From Halobacteriovorax sp. (GTDB lineage: Bacteria; Bdellovibrionota; Bacteriovoracia; Bacteriovoracales; Bacteriovoracaceae), in the NCBI GenBank assembly GCA_002720865.1, contig PBIO01000025.1, forward strand, positions 17 to 64,016: a stretch of DNA of 64,000 bases, given 5' to 3'. Below, piece by piece: positions 43,486-52,166 of this stretch; the first letter of the stretch is position 1, and each line of letters begins with the position of its first letter. The position numbers were made by a program, and so were the translations under genes. The notes beneath the pieces were generated by a model. The model was not told the DNA's origin. It worked only from the letters and a program-made list of their open reading frames with translations, and did not search any database.

Positions 43486-44110
43486 GTTCTCATGACCGTC
43501 AAGCCTTTTGAGCCTGTCCCCCTCTTGGGGTTAGACGTGAACACACCGGTAAGTAACACCGTTCACAAGATTTCTCCCTGTTCTTGGCTCGTAAAAACCA
43601 CGGAACAGCACGTCCTACTGTCATCAACATTCTGCGCTCAGTTGGGTAAGCTGTACACTTCCCCCCGCATTTGCGCGCCATGCTTCCAATCCTTGGGAGA
43701 ATGTCCACATAACCCCTTTCGGGACGATAGGTTCGTTGCCGACTCTACCAGAGAGACTTCTGCCAATGACAGTTAAATTCTAGAGGTTATTAAGCCTCCT
43801 TCCCAAGACTTTTCGACTCCTTTTGGGAGTGTCTTTGGTTTGCCCTTATCCCGTTTCCACGATGAATTTACAAGTCCATGGATATTTTCAGCAGTATTTC
43901 CCTAGCGGAATAGGGACTCATGCATCCAACTACTAAACGACTTCGGAAGTTCCACCTTCCTTAACTCGTTCCCTCTCTTGGTGGGGCGGCATGCCGCAAG
44001 AACAACACCTTCCCCATTCGAGGTTTTCTCTATCATCTACTTTCGTAATTGCCCAGGAGCCAGTAATTCCACCTGAGTTTTTGGACCCGAGAACATGGGT
44101 CACATAAGTT
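43486..44110 (-). ncRNA. candidate large structured RNA (class unknown)
   Basis: ~620 nt without a credible ORF or RBS, richer in G+C than its flanks, many local hairpins (several listed in the finding for 43452..44110), closed by a strong terminator. Confidence 0.35.
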
Positions 44111-44177
44111 TTCAAAGAACCTTCGTTTATTAACGTATGTTAAATATAACGACCCTCTATAGAGTGTATAAAACTAT

Positions 44178-44774
44178 TTAATTTAATTTTGCACCTACCC
44201 ATAACCCTAAAGATGCCTGGTAAAGATGCTTCTGGAGCAATTGTTTTGGTATCACCCATTTAAGGGGTAACTCTTCCTTGGGCCTATCAATTATAGTATT
44301 ATTTCTATAATCGTGATATGCTGTCATCTGTTGTTGCTTTATCCACCTAATTGTAGATGCATCGCTCCATGACCCACGAGATATAACTTGCAACATGTTA
44401 TTATAAAGTAGCATCTCTATAGTAAACTGATTATCACTTAGGGTAATCGTTGTTTCAAGTAAATAATGACCGTTGTCATACGTACATTGCTTAGCATTTA
44501 AAGTATAGTCACAGCCCTCCCATATATATGATATTGTATCTCGGTTATAAACGTTAATTGGATTAACACCTTTAGCCAGTCGACTGTGCATGCTAGCTAA
44601 GCCGAATACTGAATTAACGTCAATATCTACATCAGCATCTTGAGACATGTCAATAACCTTAATAGGTGCTACATAAACTTCTGAAGAGCGAACATCGCTA
44701 ACAACAATTGACATATCAACATCTTCTGCATGTGAAGATAATAAAGAGAAAGAGAGAAAGATAAGCGCTTTCAT
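44178..44774 (-). CDS. secreted protein
   Basis: signal peptide MKALIFLSFSLLSSHA. Confidence 0.6.
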   Translation of the reverse strand: MKALIFLSFSLLSSHAEDVDMSIVVSDVRSSEVYVAPIKVIDMSQDADVDIDVNSVFGLASMHSRLAKGVNPINVYNRDTISYIWEGCDYTLNAKQCTYDNGHYLLETTITLSDNQFTIEMLLYNNMLQVISRGSWSDASTIRWIKQQQMTAYHDYRNNTIIDRPKEELPLKWVIPKQLLQKHLYQASLGLWVGAKLN

Positions 44775-44817
44775 AACTCACCTATAGATTAGTAATTTAT
44801 CGATCACCTATAAATAA

Positions 44818-45531
44818 TCAATCTTCTATTGCATGTATACCTTTATTTCTTTGATAAGCCTGGACAGTTGTAGGAAATAAGTCTGCCGCAATTTCTAGAC
44901 ATGCCATGGCGACCTGTTGGATCTCCCACTGTGCACCTTCATGTATGCGTAAATCGATGAACTTTAATAGATTACCAAGGTTCACAGTGCCATAATATTG
45001 GGTGTACATATTTTGTGGTAATATCCCGCGTGCTTGCTCACGGCAAACACCCGCCTCGATCATTCTGTTAAATAAGTCAAGAGACATCTGATGGTGCAAT
45101 CCGACCATTTCATCACAATCACTACCGCAGGAAAGGATTGGATTAATTAGCCCTTCGGTATTGGATGCTTGCCGGTTTGACTTATGCTGCGTCCTGAACT
45201 CTTTCGGTTCATAAAACTGAATATCGAAATCGGTATATCTCCTACTAATCTCGTTATAGCTCCATGTTCGATGCCTATGATGCTGGCTACGAATAAATAA
45301 AGGTACTACAAATCGAAATGTTATTGAGCAGTGTTCCAATGTACTAGTATGCTTGTGCCGAATTAAATAGCTTATCAGCTTAATATCTCGTTCATCCATA
45401 TGCTTCTTTTGTTTTCCAAAAGAGACCCTAGCACTATTAACTACAGTAAGATCAGAACCCATATGTTGAACATATTCTACTGCTCCCACTCCATCATTGT
45501 ATAGCCCTATAGATTTTGTATATTTCATCAT
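44818..45531 (-). CDS. thyX: flavin-dependent thymidylate synthase
   Basis: RHRHRTWSYNEISRRY contains the ThyX RHRxxS motif; 237 aa. Confidence 0.9.
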   Translation of the reverse strand: MMKYTKSIGLYNDGVGAVEYVQHMGSDLTVVNSARVSFGKQKKHMDERDIKLISYLIRHKHTSTLEHCSITFRFVVPLFIRSQHHRHRTWSYNEISRRYTDFDIQFYEPKEFRTQHKSNRQASNTEGLINPILSCGSDCDEMVGLHHQMSLDLFNRMIEAGVCREQARGILPQNMYTQYYGTVNLGNLLKFIDLRIHEGAQWEIQQVAMACLEIAADLFPTTVQAYQRNKGIHAIED

Positions 45532-45551
45532 GATATCCTATATTAAAGTCC

Positions 45552-46064
45552 CTAATCATTGCAATTATCTTTAATTGCCTTGTCAACCGGCTTAGTGTCT
45601 AACTCTCCCCATCTTTTAGATTGAATTTCTTGATATTTTTTTAAGCACCCATTACATAACGTCCGGATCCATCCTTTGGTATTTTGTTTTCCCGGGGCTC
45701 CACATTCTTCGCATGTATAGTCAGACATTGCTTCTGCCATGGCAATCATTCCGCTGGTCCTATCATCACCACCGTGATAATAAAATCGAAGTCCTCCATA
45801 CTTTTCTTTAACCTGAACTGCTTCTACCTGAGGTATGGGCTCACGGTTGCATTTAAACTTCTGCTTTTGATCTTCATATTTTCCGGTACAATTATTCCAA
45901 TCAATATGTTGTTGGATATTCGTACAAAGGACATTTAAAATGTTATACCACCCATCACCTGTCTCGATGCCCCAACACATTGCTGTCTCTTGCATAGAAA
46001 GATCTTTTTGCCGAAATATCTTTGGATATTTTTCAAATAATTTATCTTGTAACTCTTGTTTCAT
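45552..46064 (-). CDS. hypothetical protein with C-terminal CxxC...CxxC
   Basis: CEECGAPG...CNGC. Confidence 0.6.
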   Translation of the reverse strand: MKQELQDKLFEKYPKIFRQKDLSMQETAMCWGIETGDGWYNILNVLCTNIQQHIDWNNCTGKYEDQKQKFKCNREPIPQVEAVQVKEKYGGLRFYYHGGDDRTSGMIAMAEAMSDYTCEECGAPGKQNTKGWIRTLCNGCLKKYQEIQSKRWGELDTKPVDKAIKDNCND

Positions 46065-46299
46065 ATTTTTCCCTCACTAGTTTAAGTTTTGCTTGGGCCA
46101 ATATGGCATAACGTGCAATAACCTCATGAGATTGAACCTCACCATAATAATTTCTAATATAGTTGCATAAAAACCCTATATCGACCTCATACTCTTCAAT
46201 TTGTTGCATGAATTGGTCGTTATGTGTATCCATGAAACTATCATAAATAATATCACATTTAGTCCTGTATTTTTGCGCTGCTTCTAACGGAGTCTTCAT
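46042..46299 (-). CDS. hypothetical protein
   Basis: start moved to ATG 46299 (GAGAGGTGG RBS): MKTPLEAAQKY. Confidence 0.5.
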   Translation of the reverse strand: MKTPLEAAQKYRTKCDIIYDSFMDTHNDQFMQQIEEYEVDIGFLCNYIRNYYGEVQSHEVIARYAILAQAKLKLVREKYETRVTR

Positions 46300-46513
46300 A
46301 AGCCACCTCTCTTTCACATTCCATCCAGGCATCATAAACATCCTCGAAATAATCAAGTTCTATAATCGAATGTATCGAAATAATACCATTTGACCATGCA
46401 ACTAAAAAAGTAGTATCACCTAAACTATTACCATCATCCCTAGATACAATTATCCCAGGAATAGAATGATCGTTAAATGAATATCCTCGGACCACCATGT
46501 CACCTGACTTCAT
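46259..46513 (-). CDS. KOW-like MKxGDLV-family protein
   Basis: MKSGDMVVRGY...PGIIVS. Confidence 0.6.
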   Translation of the reverse strand: MKSGDMVVRGYSFNDHSIPGIIVSRDDGNSLGDTTFLVAWSNGIISIHSIIELDYFEDVYDAWMECEREVAYEDSVRSSAKIQD

Positions 46514-46736
46514 TTAAGTCCTCAAGCTGATAGGTTAATGCTTCTTCTAAATAGTCTAATTCTACATCCATTTCACGAGATGTGTTACCATCAGACCATG
46601 CTACAATAAAATTATGATCCGTATGTGCTACAAAGTCATCTCCATCTGGGTGATGTACCAACTCTTCATCAACAATAATGCCAGGAACAAATGCGCGCCA
46701 TGCATATGCGCGTACTACCATATCACCTATTTTCAC
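46500..46736 (-). CDS. KOW-like MKxGDLV-family protein
   Basis: GTG 46736 (GGAGTG RBS): (M)KIGDMVVRAY...PGIIVD; 14-nt overlaps on both sides. Confidence 0.6.
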   Translation of the reverse strand: MKIGDMVVRAYAWRAFVPGIIVDEELVHHPDGDDFVAHTDHNFIVAWSDGNTSREMDVELDYLEEALTYQLEDLNEVR

Positions 46737-46944
46737 AGACACACTCCTTAATGCCGATGACAATCGATTCTTCAATGCACTTAGGGCACCTGATATATTC
46801 TACACCCTTATCTTTATCATTCATTTGCCAGTATAGTGCCCACTCTTCTCCGAATGTCCGAATGAAGCTCCACGGACCAACAAACCAATCAATACAACAC
46901 TCAGGGATACCAGAATGCCTTCCACACTTAACATGATAATTCAT
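46723..46944 (-). CDS. Cys-rich small protein
   Basis: start ATG 46944: MNYHVKCGRHSGIPECC...CPKC. Confidence 0.5.
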   Translation of the reverse strand: MNYHVKCGRHSGIPECCIDWFVGPWSFIRTFGEEWALYWQMNDKDKGVEYIRCPKCIEESIVIGIKECVCENR

Positions 46945-47150
46945 TTTAAAATAATCCGTAAGTCCCGCCGGCGGGCAACACAAAGATCACCGACGGGGTC
47001 TAGGTATATAACTGCCGGCTCACGCTTATTCGGTTTGAAAGCCTCTTCTGTAATCATTATAACAATTCCCGTCTTTCCCCACTCCCCATCTCGCACCATC
47101 GGATCGGTTGGGAGCCTATCCCTATACTTAACCAAATCACCTACCTTCAT
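46941..47150 (-). CDS. KOW-like MKxGDLV-family protein
   Basis: MKVGDLVKYRDRL...GIVIMI. Confidence 0.6.
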   Translation of the reverse strand: MKVGDLVKYRDRLPTDPMVRDGEWGKTGIVIMITEEAFKPNKREPAVIYLDPVGDLCVARRRDLRIILK

Positions 47151-47400
47151 AAATTAATTGAACCTTTTTTTGTTTGGTAAGCTTCTTAAAATAACTCTCT
47201 GCCTTTTGGGCGCTAGATCGATCTTCACATTCTTCCCAATACACTAATGAGACCGGACGTCGGGAACGTGTATATTTTGCACCCCGGGAACCTTCATTAT
47301 GTTCTAGAACCCTACGCGGTATATCTGTTGTAACACCGGTATATAACGTATTATCACTACACTCTACAATATAAACAAACCACTTTTTTTTAGTCATCAT
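47137..47400 (-). CDS. GIY-YIG domain protein (stand-alone, YhbQ/UPF0213-like)
   Basis: WFVYIVECSDNTLYTGVTTDIPRRVLEHNEG; start ATG 47400. Confidence 0.8.
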   Translation of the reverse strand: MMTKKKWFVYIVECSDNTLYTGVTTDIPRRVLEHNEGSRGAKYTRSRRPVSLVYWEECEDRSSAQKAESYFKKLTKQKKVQLIYEGR

Positions 47401-47578
47401 CAACCAGCTCAAGCTCATCCTTATACAGGTGCTCAAATTCGCCTGTTGGCCAAAATATTAATCCGGCTGGAGGTAACGTCAGATCATTTACCTCAACAAC
47501 AATCCCGACAGTCCTACCAAGCACATCAGTATATTCTTGTATACTTTGATTGACCCTGACAAGATCTCCGACTTTCAT
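47390..47578 (-). CDS. KOW-like MKxGDLV-family protein
   Basis: start ATG 47578: MKVGDLVRVNQS. Confidence 0.6.
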   Translation of the reverse strand: MKVGDLVRVNQSIQEYTDVLGRTVGIVVEVNDLTLPPAGLIFWPTGEFEHLYKDELELVDDD

Positions 47579-47775
47579 AGTTCGCATATTAACTCAACAT
47601 GATCTTTAAGAAATGAAAAAGTTTTTTTATGTTGGGACGGAAAAATAACCTTGATTGCGCCCTCAAATTCTTCGATTATTAAGCCCAATTCGTCAACCGG
47701 TGCATTTCTTTGAGCTGCCCTACGTTTTGATGCAAAAGTAACCCACTTAAGTTTAACAAGATCTCCGACTTTCAT
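47575..47775 (-). CDS. KOW-like MKxGDLV-family protein
   Basis: MKVGDLVKLKWV. Confidence 0.6.
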   Translation of the reverse strand: MKVGDLVKLKWVTFASKRRAAQRNAPVDELGLIIEEFEGAIKVIFPSQHKKTFSFLKDHVELICEL

Positions 47776-48107
47776 TAATGATTCCGTTTACCGTCAAATA
47801 CACATACAAATGTTAAATCCTCACATGAACTATCATTAAATACCTTATGAAATGCGCCATCCGGAATTAAGACTACATCACCTGGTCGGACGGGAAAGGT
47901 CTCATCAGCCACCATCATCACTCCTCGACCATGGACAAATTGGTATACCTCTTCCTGGCCGGGATGCGTGTGGCCTGTTGTCTCCTTATTTGGGTGCAAA
48001 ATTGTCTTAGATACCACCAGGCCCTGCAGTGATGTATTATCAATCACAATATACGTGCCATTGTTCTTTACGATCTTACCGCTAATATCGTCGGTATTAA
48101 CTTTCAT
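47775..48107 (-). CDS. cupin-domain protein
   Basis: GHTHPGQEEVYQFVHG...PDGAFH cupin motifs; start ATG 48107 (AAGGAGAGGAA RBS). Confidence 0.75.
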   Translation of the reverse strand: MKVNTDDISGKIVKNNGTYIVIDNTSLQGLVVSKTILHPNKETTGHTHPGQEEVYQFVHGRGVMMVADETFPVRPGDVVLIPDGAFHKVFNDSSCEDLTFVCVFDGKRNH

Positions 48108-48331
48108 TTCCTCTCCTTGAATGGTGCACAATTTACCTTAAGGGTATCATTATCTTTTATGAACTGAATCCTATCACCTTCTTTGATTGTACATGGAATC
48201 ATAGAACGAGGGATATGCATATACTCTAGCTTATTATCAGACATCTCAAACTCAACCAATACAGCGTTTCCGTGAATTTGGTCAATTACACCAAAGAAAC
48301 AAAATGCCAATAGTAGACTAAGCGTTTTCAT
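48104..48331 (-). CDS. small secreted protein
   Basis: signal peptide MKTLSLLLAFCFFG. Confidence 0.55.
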   Translation of the reverse strand: MKTLSLLLAFCFFGVIDQIHGNAVLVEFEMSDNKLEYMHIPRSMIPCTIKEGDRIQFIKDNDTLKVNCAPFKERK

Positions 48332-48597
48332 TGTTGTACCGACTCAACTGATGTGTGAAATCCCTCGATGTCCCAAACCTGATCAGCTGCCTCTAAGGCA
48401 TCATCCATGGTATCGAACTTTAAGGCCTTATTATTACCCCACCCTTCGACTACTTCAACCTTACCTGGTGGCCAGGCACGATTCCAGTTAGGATCAATAT
48501 CTGATACGAACTCATTAGTTCCGCCAATTCGAATTGTAAAAGGCCCTTTTTCACGATCATCTTCGAAAAATGTTACTCCGGGATGTAAACTACTCAT
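48328..48597 (-). CDS. hypothetical protein
   Basis: 89-aa ORF, ATGA overlap. Confidence 0.5.
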   Translation of the reverse strand: MSSLHPGVTFFEDDREKGPFTIRIGGTNEFVSDIDPNWNRAWPPGKVEVVEGWGNNKALKFDTMDDALEAADQVWDIEGFHTSVESVQQ

Positions 48598-48766
48598 TAA
48601 TTACCTCAAATTCAGATTTATCTAAAAACCATATACCATTCTCAAATGAAACAGCCCAAACAGATCCTTCTCCAGGATCTTCATATAAAAGTACTCCGCA
48701 CCAGGTTAATTGTACATCAACCTTCTCTATTAAATTAGTTAATCTAACTAAATCGCCTGACTTCAT
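48590..48766 (-). CDS. KOW-like MKxGDLV-family protein (58 aa, not in ORF track)
   Basis: MKSGDLVRLTNLIEK...; ATGAGTAG overlap downstream. Confidence 0.55.
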   Translation of the reverse strand: MKSGDLVRLTNLIEKVDVQLTWCGVLLYEDPGEGSVWAVSFENGIWFLDKSEFEVINE

Positions 48767-48953
48767 TTACTAACCTCACACGTCTCTGGAGAATCCAGCC
48801 GATTCCTACATCCCATAATACCTCAACGATTAATTCATTTGATAAACCAGTATTTCGAGACCTATAAACATCGGTGTTTGTTATTATACCTACAGTTCTT
48901 CCTTGTGACTCGTCCGGATGGTCATTATATTCAACCAGGTCACCAATCTTCAT
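48744..48953 (-). CDS. KOW-like MKxGDLV-family protein
   Basis: MKIGDLVEYNDH...GIITN. Confidence 0.6.
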   Translation of the reverse strand: MKIGDLVEYNDHPDESQGRTVGIITNTDVYRSRNTGLSNELIVEVLWDVGIGWILQRRVRLVNEVRRFS

Positions 48954-49162
48954 TACACAGTCTCCATATCATCAACAGGAAATCTATACGCTCCAGATTC
49001 CGAAATGCATTCAACAACTGGGTCAATTCTAAATTGATGTGTATGAGATATAACATCAGTTACAAGCATGATCTCATCGAATAGCCAGCAATCATATACA
49101 GCTTCATGAGGCTCTTCACCTCTAAGCTCCTTTCGAATTCGAACCAAGTCACCGACTCTCAT
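48953..49162 (-). CDS. KOW-like MKxGDLV-family protein
   Basis: MRVGDLVRIRKEL. Confidence 0.6.
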   Translation of the reverse strand: MRVGDLVRIRKELRGEEPHEAVYDCWLFDEIMLVTDVISHTHQFRIDPVVECISESGAYRFPVDDMETV

Positions 49163-49376
49163 GAATTTCCCTTAGTTGCCAATCATAAAAGTCCATCTCC
49201 TCGCCCGTGGAGGGGATTAATACGTTAACTACCAATGTGACGTCTTCCTCATCATTGTCGGCGCGCCAGGCAAGCTTAGAATTAAGAACGATACCGAACC
49301 TACCACGGTTACATTCACCTGCTGCTGCATGATCTTCAATTTGCACTAACGCGCCAATGGTCATATTATCATCCAT
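49149..49376 (-). CDS. KOW-like family protein
   Basis: MDDNMTIGALVQIED (start at 49376 or 49364); ends EIHESR with the 14-nt overlap. Confidence 0.5.
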   Translation of the reverse strand: MDDNMTIGALVQIEDHAAAGECNRGRFGIVLNSKLAWRADNDEEDVTLVVNVLIPSTGEEMDFYDWQLREIHESR

Positions 49377-49560
49377 TCTTTTGAAGTGGTACCACAGTAT
49401 AATGTGCACATCGACGTAGCGCACCATGCAGAAGGACAATATAATCAATTGACATCATCGACCCACCCCGCCTAGATTGTTGATCAATCTTTGTTATAAT
49501 GCCGATCAACTCTTCAGGAGATTGTGGATCATCGACTTGTACCAGGTCACCGACGTTCAT
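49369..49560 (-). CDS. KOW-like MKxGDLV-family protein
   Basis: MNVGDLVQVDDP...IGIITK. Confidence 0.6.
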   Translation of the reverse strand: MNVGDLVQVDDPQSPEELIGIITKIDQQSRRGGSMMSIDYIVLLHGALRRCAHYTVVPLQKNG

Positions 49561-49738
49561 TCATTTCTCCAACGCAATAATTGTAACCATCTTCTGACAT
49601 ATCTCTAATCTCTTCCATACAATCCATAATAGAGTACATACGGTCGGTATTTGGGACTACCCATGCAAAATACCACATCATACATAGCATCATAATTGCT
49701 GCAACAAAAATAATATTTGAGATAATTTCTTTACTCAT
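49547..49738 (-). CDS. small membrane protein
   Basis: start ATG 49738: MSKEIISNIIFVAAIMMLCMMWYFAWV. Confidence 0.5.
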   Translation of the reverse strand: MSKEIISNIIFVAAIMMLCMMWYFAWVVPNTDRMYSIMDCMEEIRDMSEDGYNYCVGEMNERR

Positions 49739-49913
49739 TAATCGACCCCACGTTACACTCACTAATTAATACTAAAGTTTTAAGATCACACCATTTGTCA
49801 CATTCGACCCAACCCTGAAATGCTACCCACGCGTACCCTTCATCTATAGATGTTATTAGACCGAGCCCTAAATGCTTATGAATAACATGCTTTACCAGGT
49901 CGCCGGCTTTCAT
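49731..49913 (-). CDS. KOW-like MKxGDLV-family protein
   Basis: MKAGDLVKHVIHK...GLITS. Confidence 0.6.
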   Translation of the reverse strand: MKAGDLVKHVIHKHLGLGLITSIDEGYAWVAFQGWVECDKWCDLKTLVLISECNVGSINE

Positions 49914-50374
49914 GAAGTACCCTGCACATCTTTAGGCATATGACGAAAAACAAAATATGGGTAATAGTCATCCATATTGTCAGTTCCAAACTCAAGCCAG
50001 ATATGGCCATCATTTACATCAACTAACCGATACCCTTGGCATGCTTCTGAGCCCCAGCTATCTCCCCTTTTTTCTCCATCATACACTTCAATACGAACTT
50101 TACCAAGTGATGTACGAAAGAAAATAGAGTTTGACTGGCTGCCGTACTCAATCACTCCGAGATGTGATCGGTAACCATCATCCGGATCTTCAAGCACCTT
50201 GAAAATAATATCGTCAAGCTTAAACTCATGTGCAGCATCGTCAGCACCGAAGTATTCAAGTTCCATACCTTCAAGGGCTGAGAAATGCGCAAATACTTGC
50301 TTCCAATATGGGCGGTGGCGCTCATTCTCGTCCCAATCCTCATTGGCGCTATGTGAGAAATAATCTGGTATCAT
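49910..50374 (-). CDS. hypothetical protein
   Basis: 154-aa ORF. Confidence 0.55.
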   Translation of the reverse strand: MIPDYFSHSANEDWDENERHRPYWKQVFAHFSALEGMELEYFGADDAAHEFKLDDIIFKVLEDPDDGYRSHLGVIEYGSQSNSIFFRTSLGKVRIEVYDGEKRGDSWGSEACQGYRLVDVNDGHIWLEFGTDNMDDYYPYFVFRHMPKDVQGTS

Positions 50375-50619
50375 AGTCGGCTCATCCTAATTGCTTCTGA
50401 AATATTTCTTGTAAAGTCGCTGTTGAACTCGTCACACTCTGGGCGATCTGGGCGCCGGCCGTGGACCTTGAGTGCACTGGTTACCTCATCATCCTTAATA
50501 GAAAAACTAATTGTCGTGCCATTTTCCCTAACATCGATCCATTGCTCATAACTAGCGCACTGTTCTTCCGGCAAGTATCCGTTTTTTAAAAGTTTATTTT
50601 GTAGAAGTTTAAGCTTCAT
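50371..50619 (-). CDS. hypothetical protein
   Basis: start ATG 50619: MKLKLLQNKLLKNGY. Confidence 0.5.
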   Translation of the reverse strand: MKLKLLQNKLLKNGYLPEEQCASYEQWIDVRENGTTISFSIKDDEVTSALKVHGRRPDRPECDEFNSDFTRNISEAIRMSRL

Positions 50620-50824
50620 GAGCCACCTCAAATTTATCTGTAGCAAAGTCAGAAACCGTTGCCTTCCGACCATGGTATGGGATAGGCTGGACCCATTCTA
50701 CACGAATGTGCTTAATACCATCCTTTGATATCGACGGACCGGCAATGATGATACCGAGCTGACCAAAAAACCATTTGGCGTATGTTCCATTATCTGTAAA
50801 CATTACTACATCACCGATCTTCAC
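50609..50824 (-). CDS. KOW-like MKxGDLV-family protein
   Basis: GTG start with AGGGGA RBS: (M)KIGDVVMFTDN...GIIIAG. Confidence 0.6.
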   Translation of the reverse strand: MKIGDVVMFTDNGTYAKWFFGQLGIIIAGPSISKDGIKHIRVEWVQPIPYHGRKATVSDFATDKFEVAHEA

Positions 50825-50825
50825 T

Positions 50826-51119
50826 TTATTCCCCTACTAGTTCTTGTGCAATTTTTTCTGATAGCCATACATATGGATCACCATCCCTTGCTTTTTGTGT
50901 ACCATATGGCATTTCGTCACGATAATATTCTAGAAATATTTCATAAGGTGATATGGGCCAGCCGGTAACTGGATCTTTACGAGAAGTAGTAGCAAACCCT
51001 ACATCATCGCCGTCAAGGACGAATGCCAACGTTGCAGCAATTTCTTGTGCATTTAGGCCGATTCCGTATTCATGAACAAGGCCGGTCAAAAAATGACCTG
51101 TATCTAAAACTTTACTCAC
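50826..51119 (-). CDS. hypothetical protein
   Basis: 97 aa, GTG start in a GTGAGTAA overlap. Confidence 0.5.
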   Translation of the reverse strand: MSKVLDTGHFLTGLVHEYGIGLNAQEIAATLAFVLDGDDVGFATTSRKDPVTGWPISPYEIFLEYYRDEMPYGTQKARDGDPYVWLSEKIAQELVGE

Positions 51120-51321
51120 TGATTACCTCAATCAAATCTTTTTGGATTGTACTAATTCGATCACCATTAGGTGCATTACGTTCGAACCACATAACCTCCG
51201 CACAAGTATATGCAGAGCCTACCGACCCATTTGATGCCTTTCTTTTAAAGGTGCGCATTCCCATAAAGAGACCCATCTCTTCAGGGTATTTTTTATTTTT
51301 TACCAAATCACCCGGCTTCAT
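51112..51321 (-). CDS. KOW-like MKxGDLV-family protein
   Basis: start ATG 51321: MKPGDLVKNKKY. Confidence 0.6.
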   Translation of the reverse strand: MKPGDLVKNKKYPEEMGLFMGMRTFKRKASNGSVGSAYTCAEVMWFERNAPNGDRISTIQKDLIEVISE

Positions 51322-51502
51322 TAATTGCCTCAACATCCTTTCGCATATTACGTCCAATAGCACCATCCAAAAAATTCCAGCTTACATAAACCCAATTTGT
51401 TTCAAGTTTAGTAATAATACCAACAGCGCTAGGGTCATGACCCTCTGTAAATCTTACCAAGTCTCCAACTTTCAAAAGAAGCCGTTTACCATATGATTTC
51501 AT
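51308..51502 (-). CDS. KOW-like family protein
   Basis: MKSYGKRLLLKVGDLVRF...GIITK. Confidence 0.55.
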   Translation of the reverse strand: MKSYGKRLLLKVGDLVRFTEGHDPSAVGIITKLETNWVYVSWNFLDGAIGRNMRKDVEAINEAG

Positions 51503-51735
51503 ACAATCACCTCAAAAGTACTTTGGCCATAATTGCCGCAGCGTACCGTTTCGCCATCGACGGAAAGCACAACGTCACAGTAACCAGATAGAGGCGGATT
51601 ATTAAGCCTATCCGGCCGGACATCAATTACCACCCCAACATGCCCAGGCTCGATGGGCTTCCACCCACGGCTCTCATTGACTACTGGGTTTGTGCGTACG
51701 TACATAACATTTCTTACCATGTCACCGATTTTCAT
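51499..51735 (-). CDS. KOW-like MKxGDLV-family protein
   Basis: start ATG 51735: MKIGDMVRNVMY...GVVIDV. Confidence 0.6.
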   Translation of the reverse strand: MKIGDMVRNVMYVRTNPVVNESRGWKPIEPGHVGVVIDVRPDRLNNPPLSGYCDVVLSVDGETVRCGNYGQSTFEVIV

Positions 51736-51925
51736 TTTTAATCTCCTTAAGGTCGCCAGTATCAGCGCCCATTGTTTCACCGTTATCGTAAAGCACCAAC
51801 CATTCCCATTCAAGAATATCTCCTGCAGCAAGAGAGCTGGTGCCTTTACCCACTTCAATATTGGGACCGTCGATTACAATACCACTCCTACCGAGGGCAT
51901 AATCAAAAATCAACTTACCAATCAT
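51722..51925 (-). CDS. KOW-like family protein (diverged)
   Basis: start ATG 51925 (GGAG RBS): MIGKLIFDYALGRSGIVIDG. Confidence 0.5.
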   Translation of the reverse strand: MIGKLIFDYALGRSGIVIDGPNIEVGKGTSSLAAGDILEWEWLVLYDNGETMGADTGDLKEIKNENR

Positions 51926-51926
51926 C

Positions 51927-52166
51927 TTATCTCCAAAGAGTGACGAGAGTTCCAAACTCCCGATCGAAAGTATAAAGTAGGCCCTCATAATCCGATAGCC
52001 TCATCTCGTCAAGAACACGTTCGGTATACATATCATCATATCCCAACTTCTTGCAGAGACTTGAGGCAAGGCCTAATAGATAATATGCATTACCCTTTGG
52101 GCCGGTAAGATCAACTTCAATCGGCGTTGGGCCCCGCGGACGATCTCTCAAAGATTTGATAGCCAT
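51927..52166 (-). CDS. hypothetical protein
   Basis: 79-aa ORF. Confidence 0.5.
   Translation of the reverse strand: MAIKSLRDRPRGPTPIEVDLTGPKGNAYYLLGLASSLCKKLGYDDMYTERVLDEMRLSDYEGLLYTFDREFGTLVTLWR

Noticed and set aside
43444-44115. ORFs 43444..43776 (+), 43499..43708 (-) and 43933..44115 (-)
   Set aside because: They have no RBS and a Cys/Pro/Arg-rich composition, and they lie within the hairpin-dense candidate RNA region.
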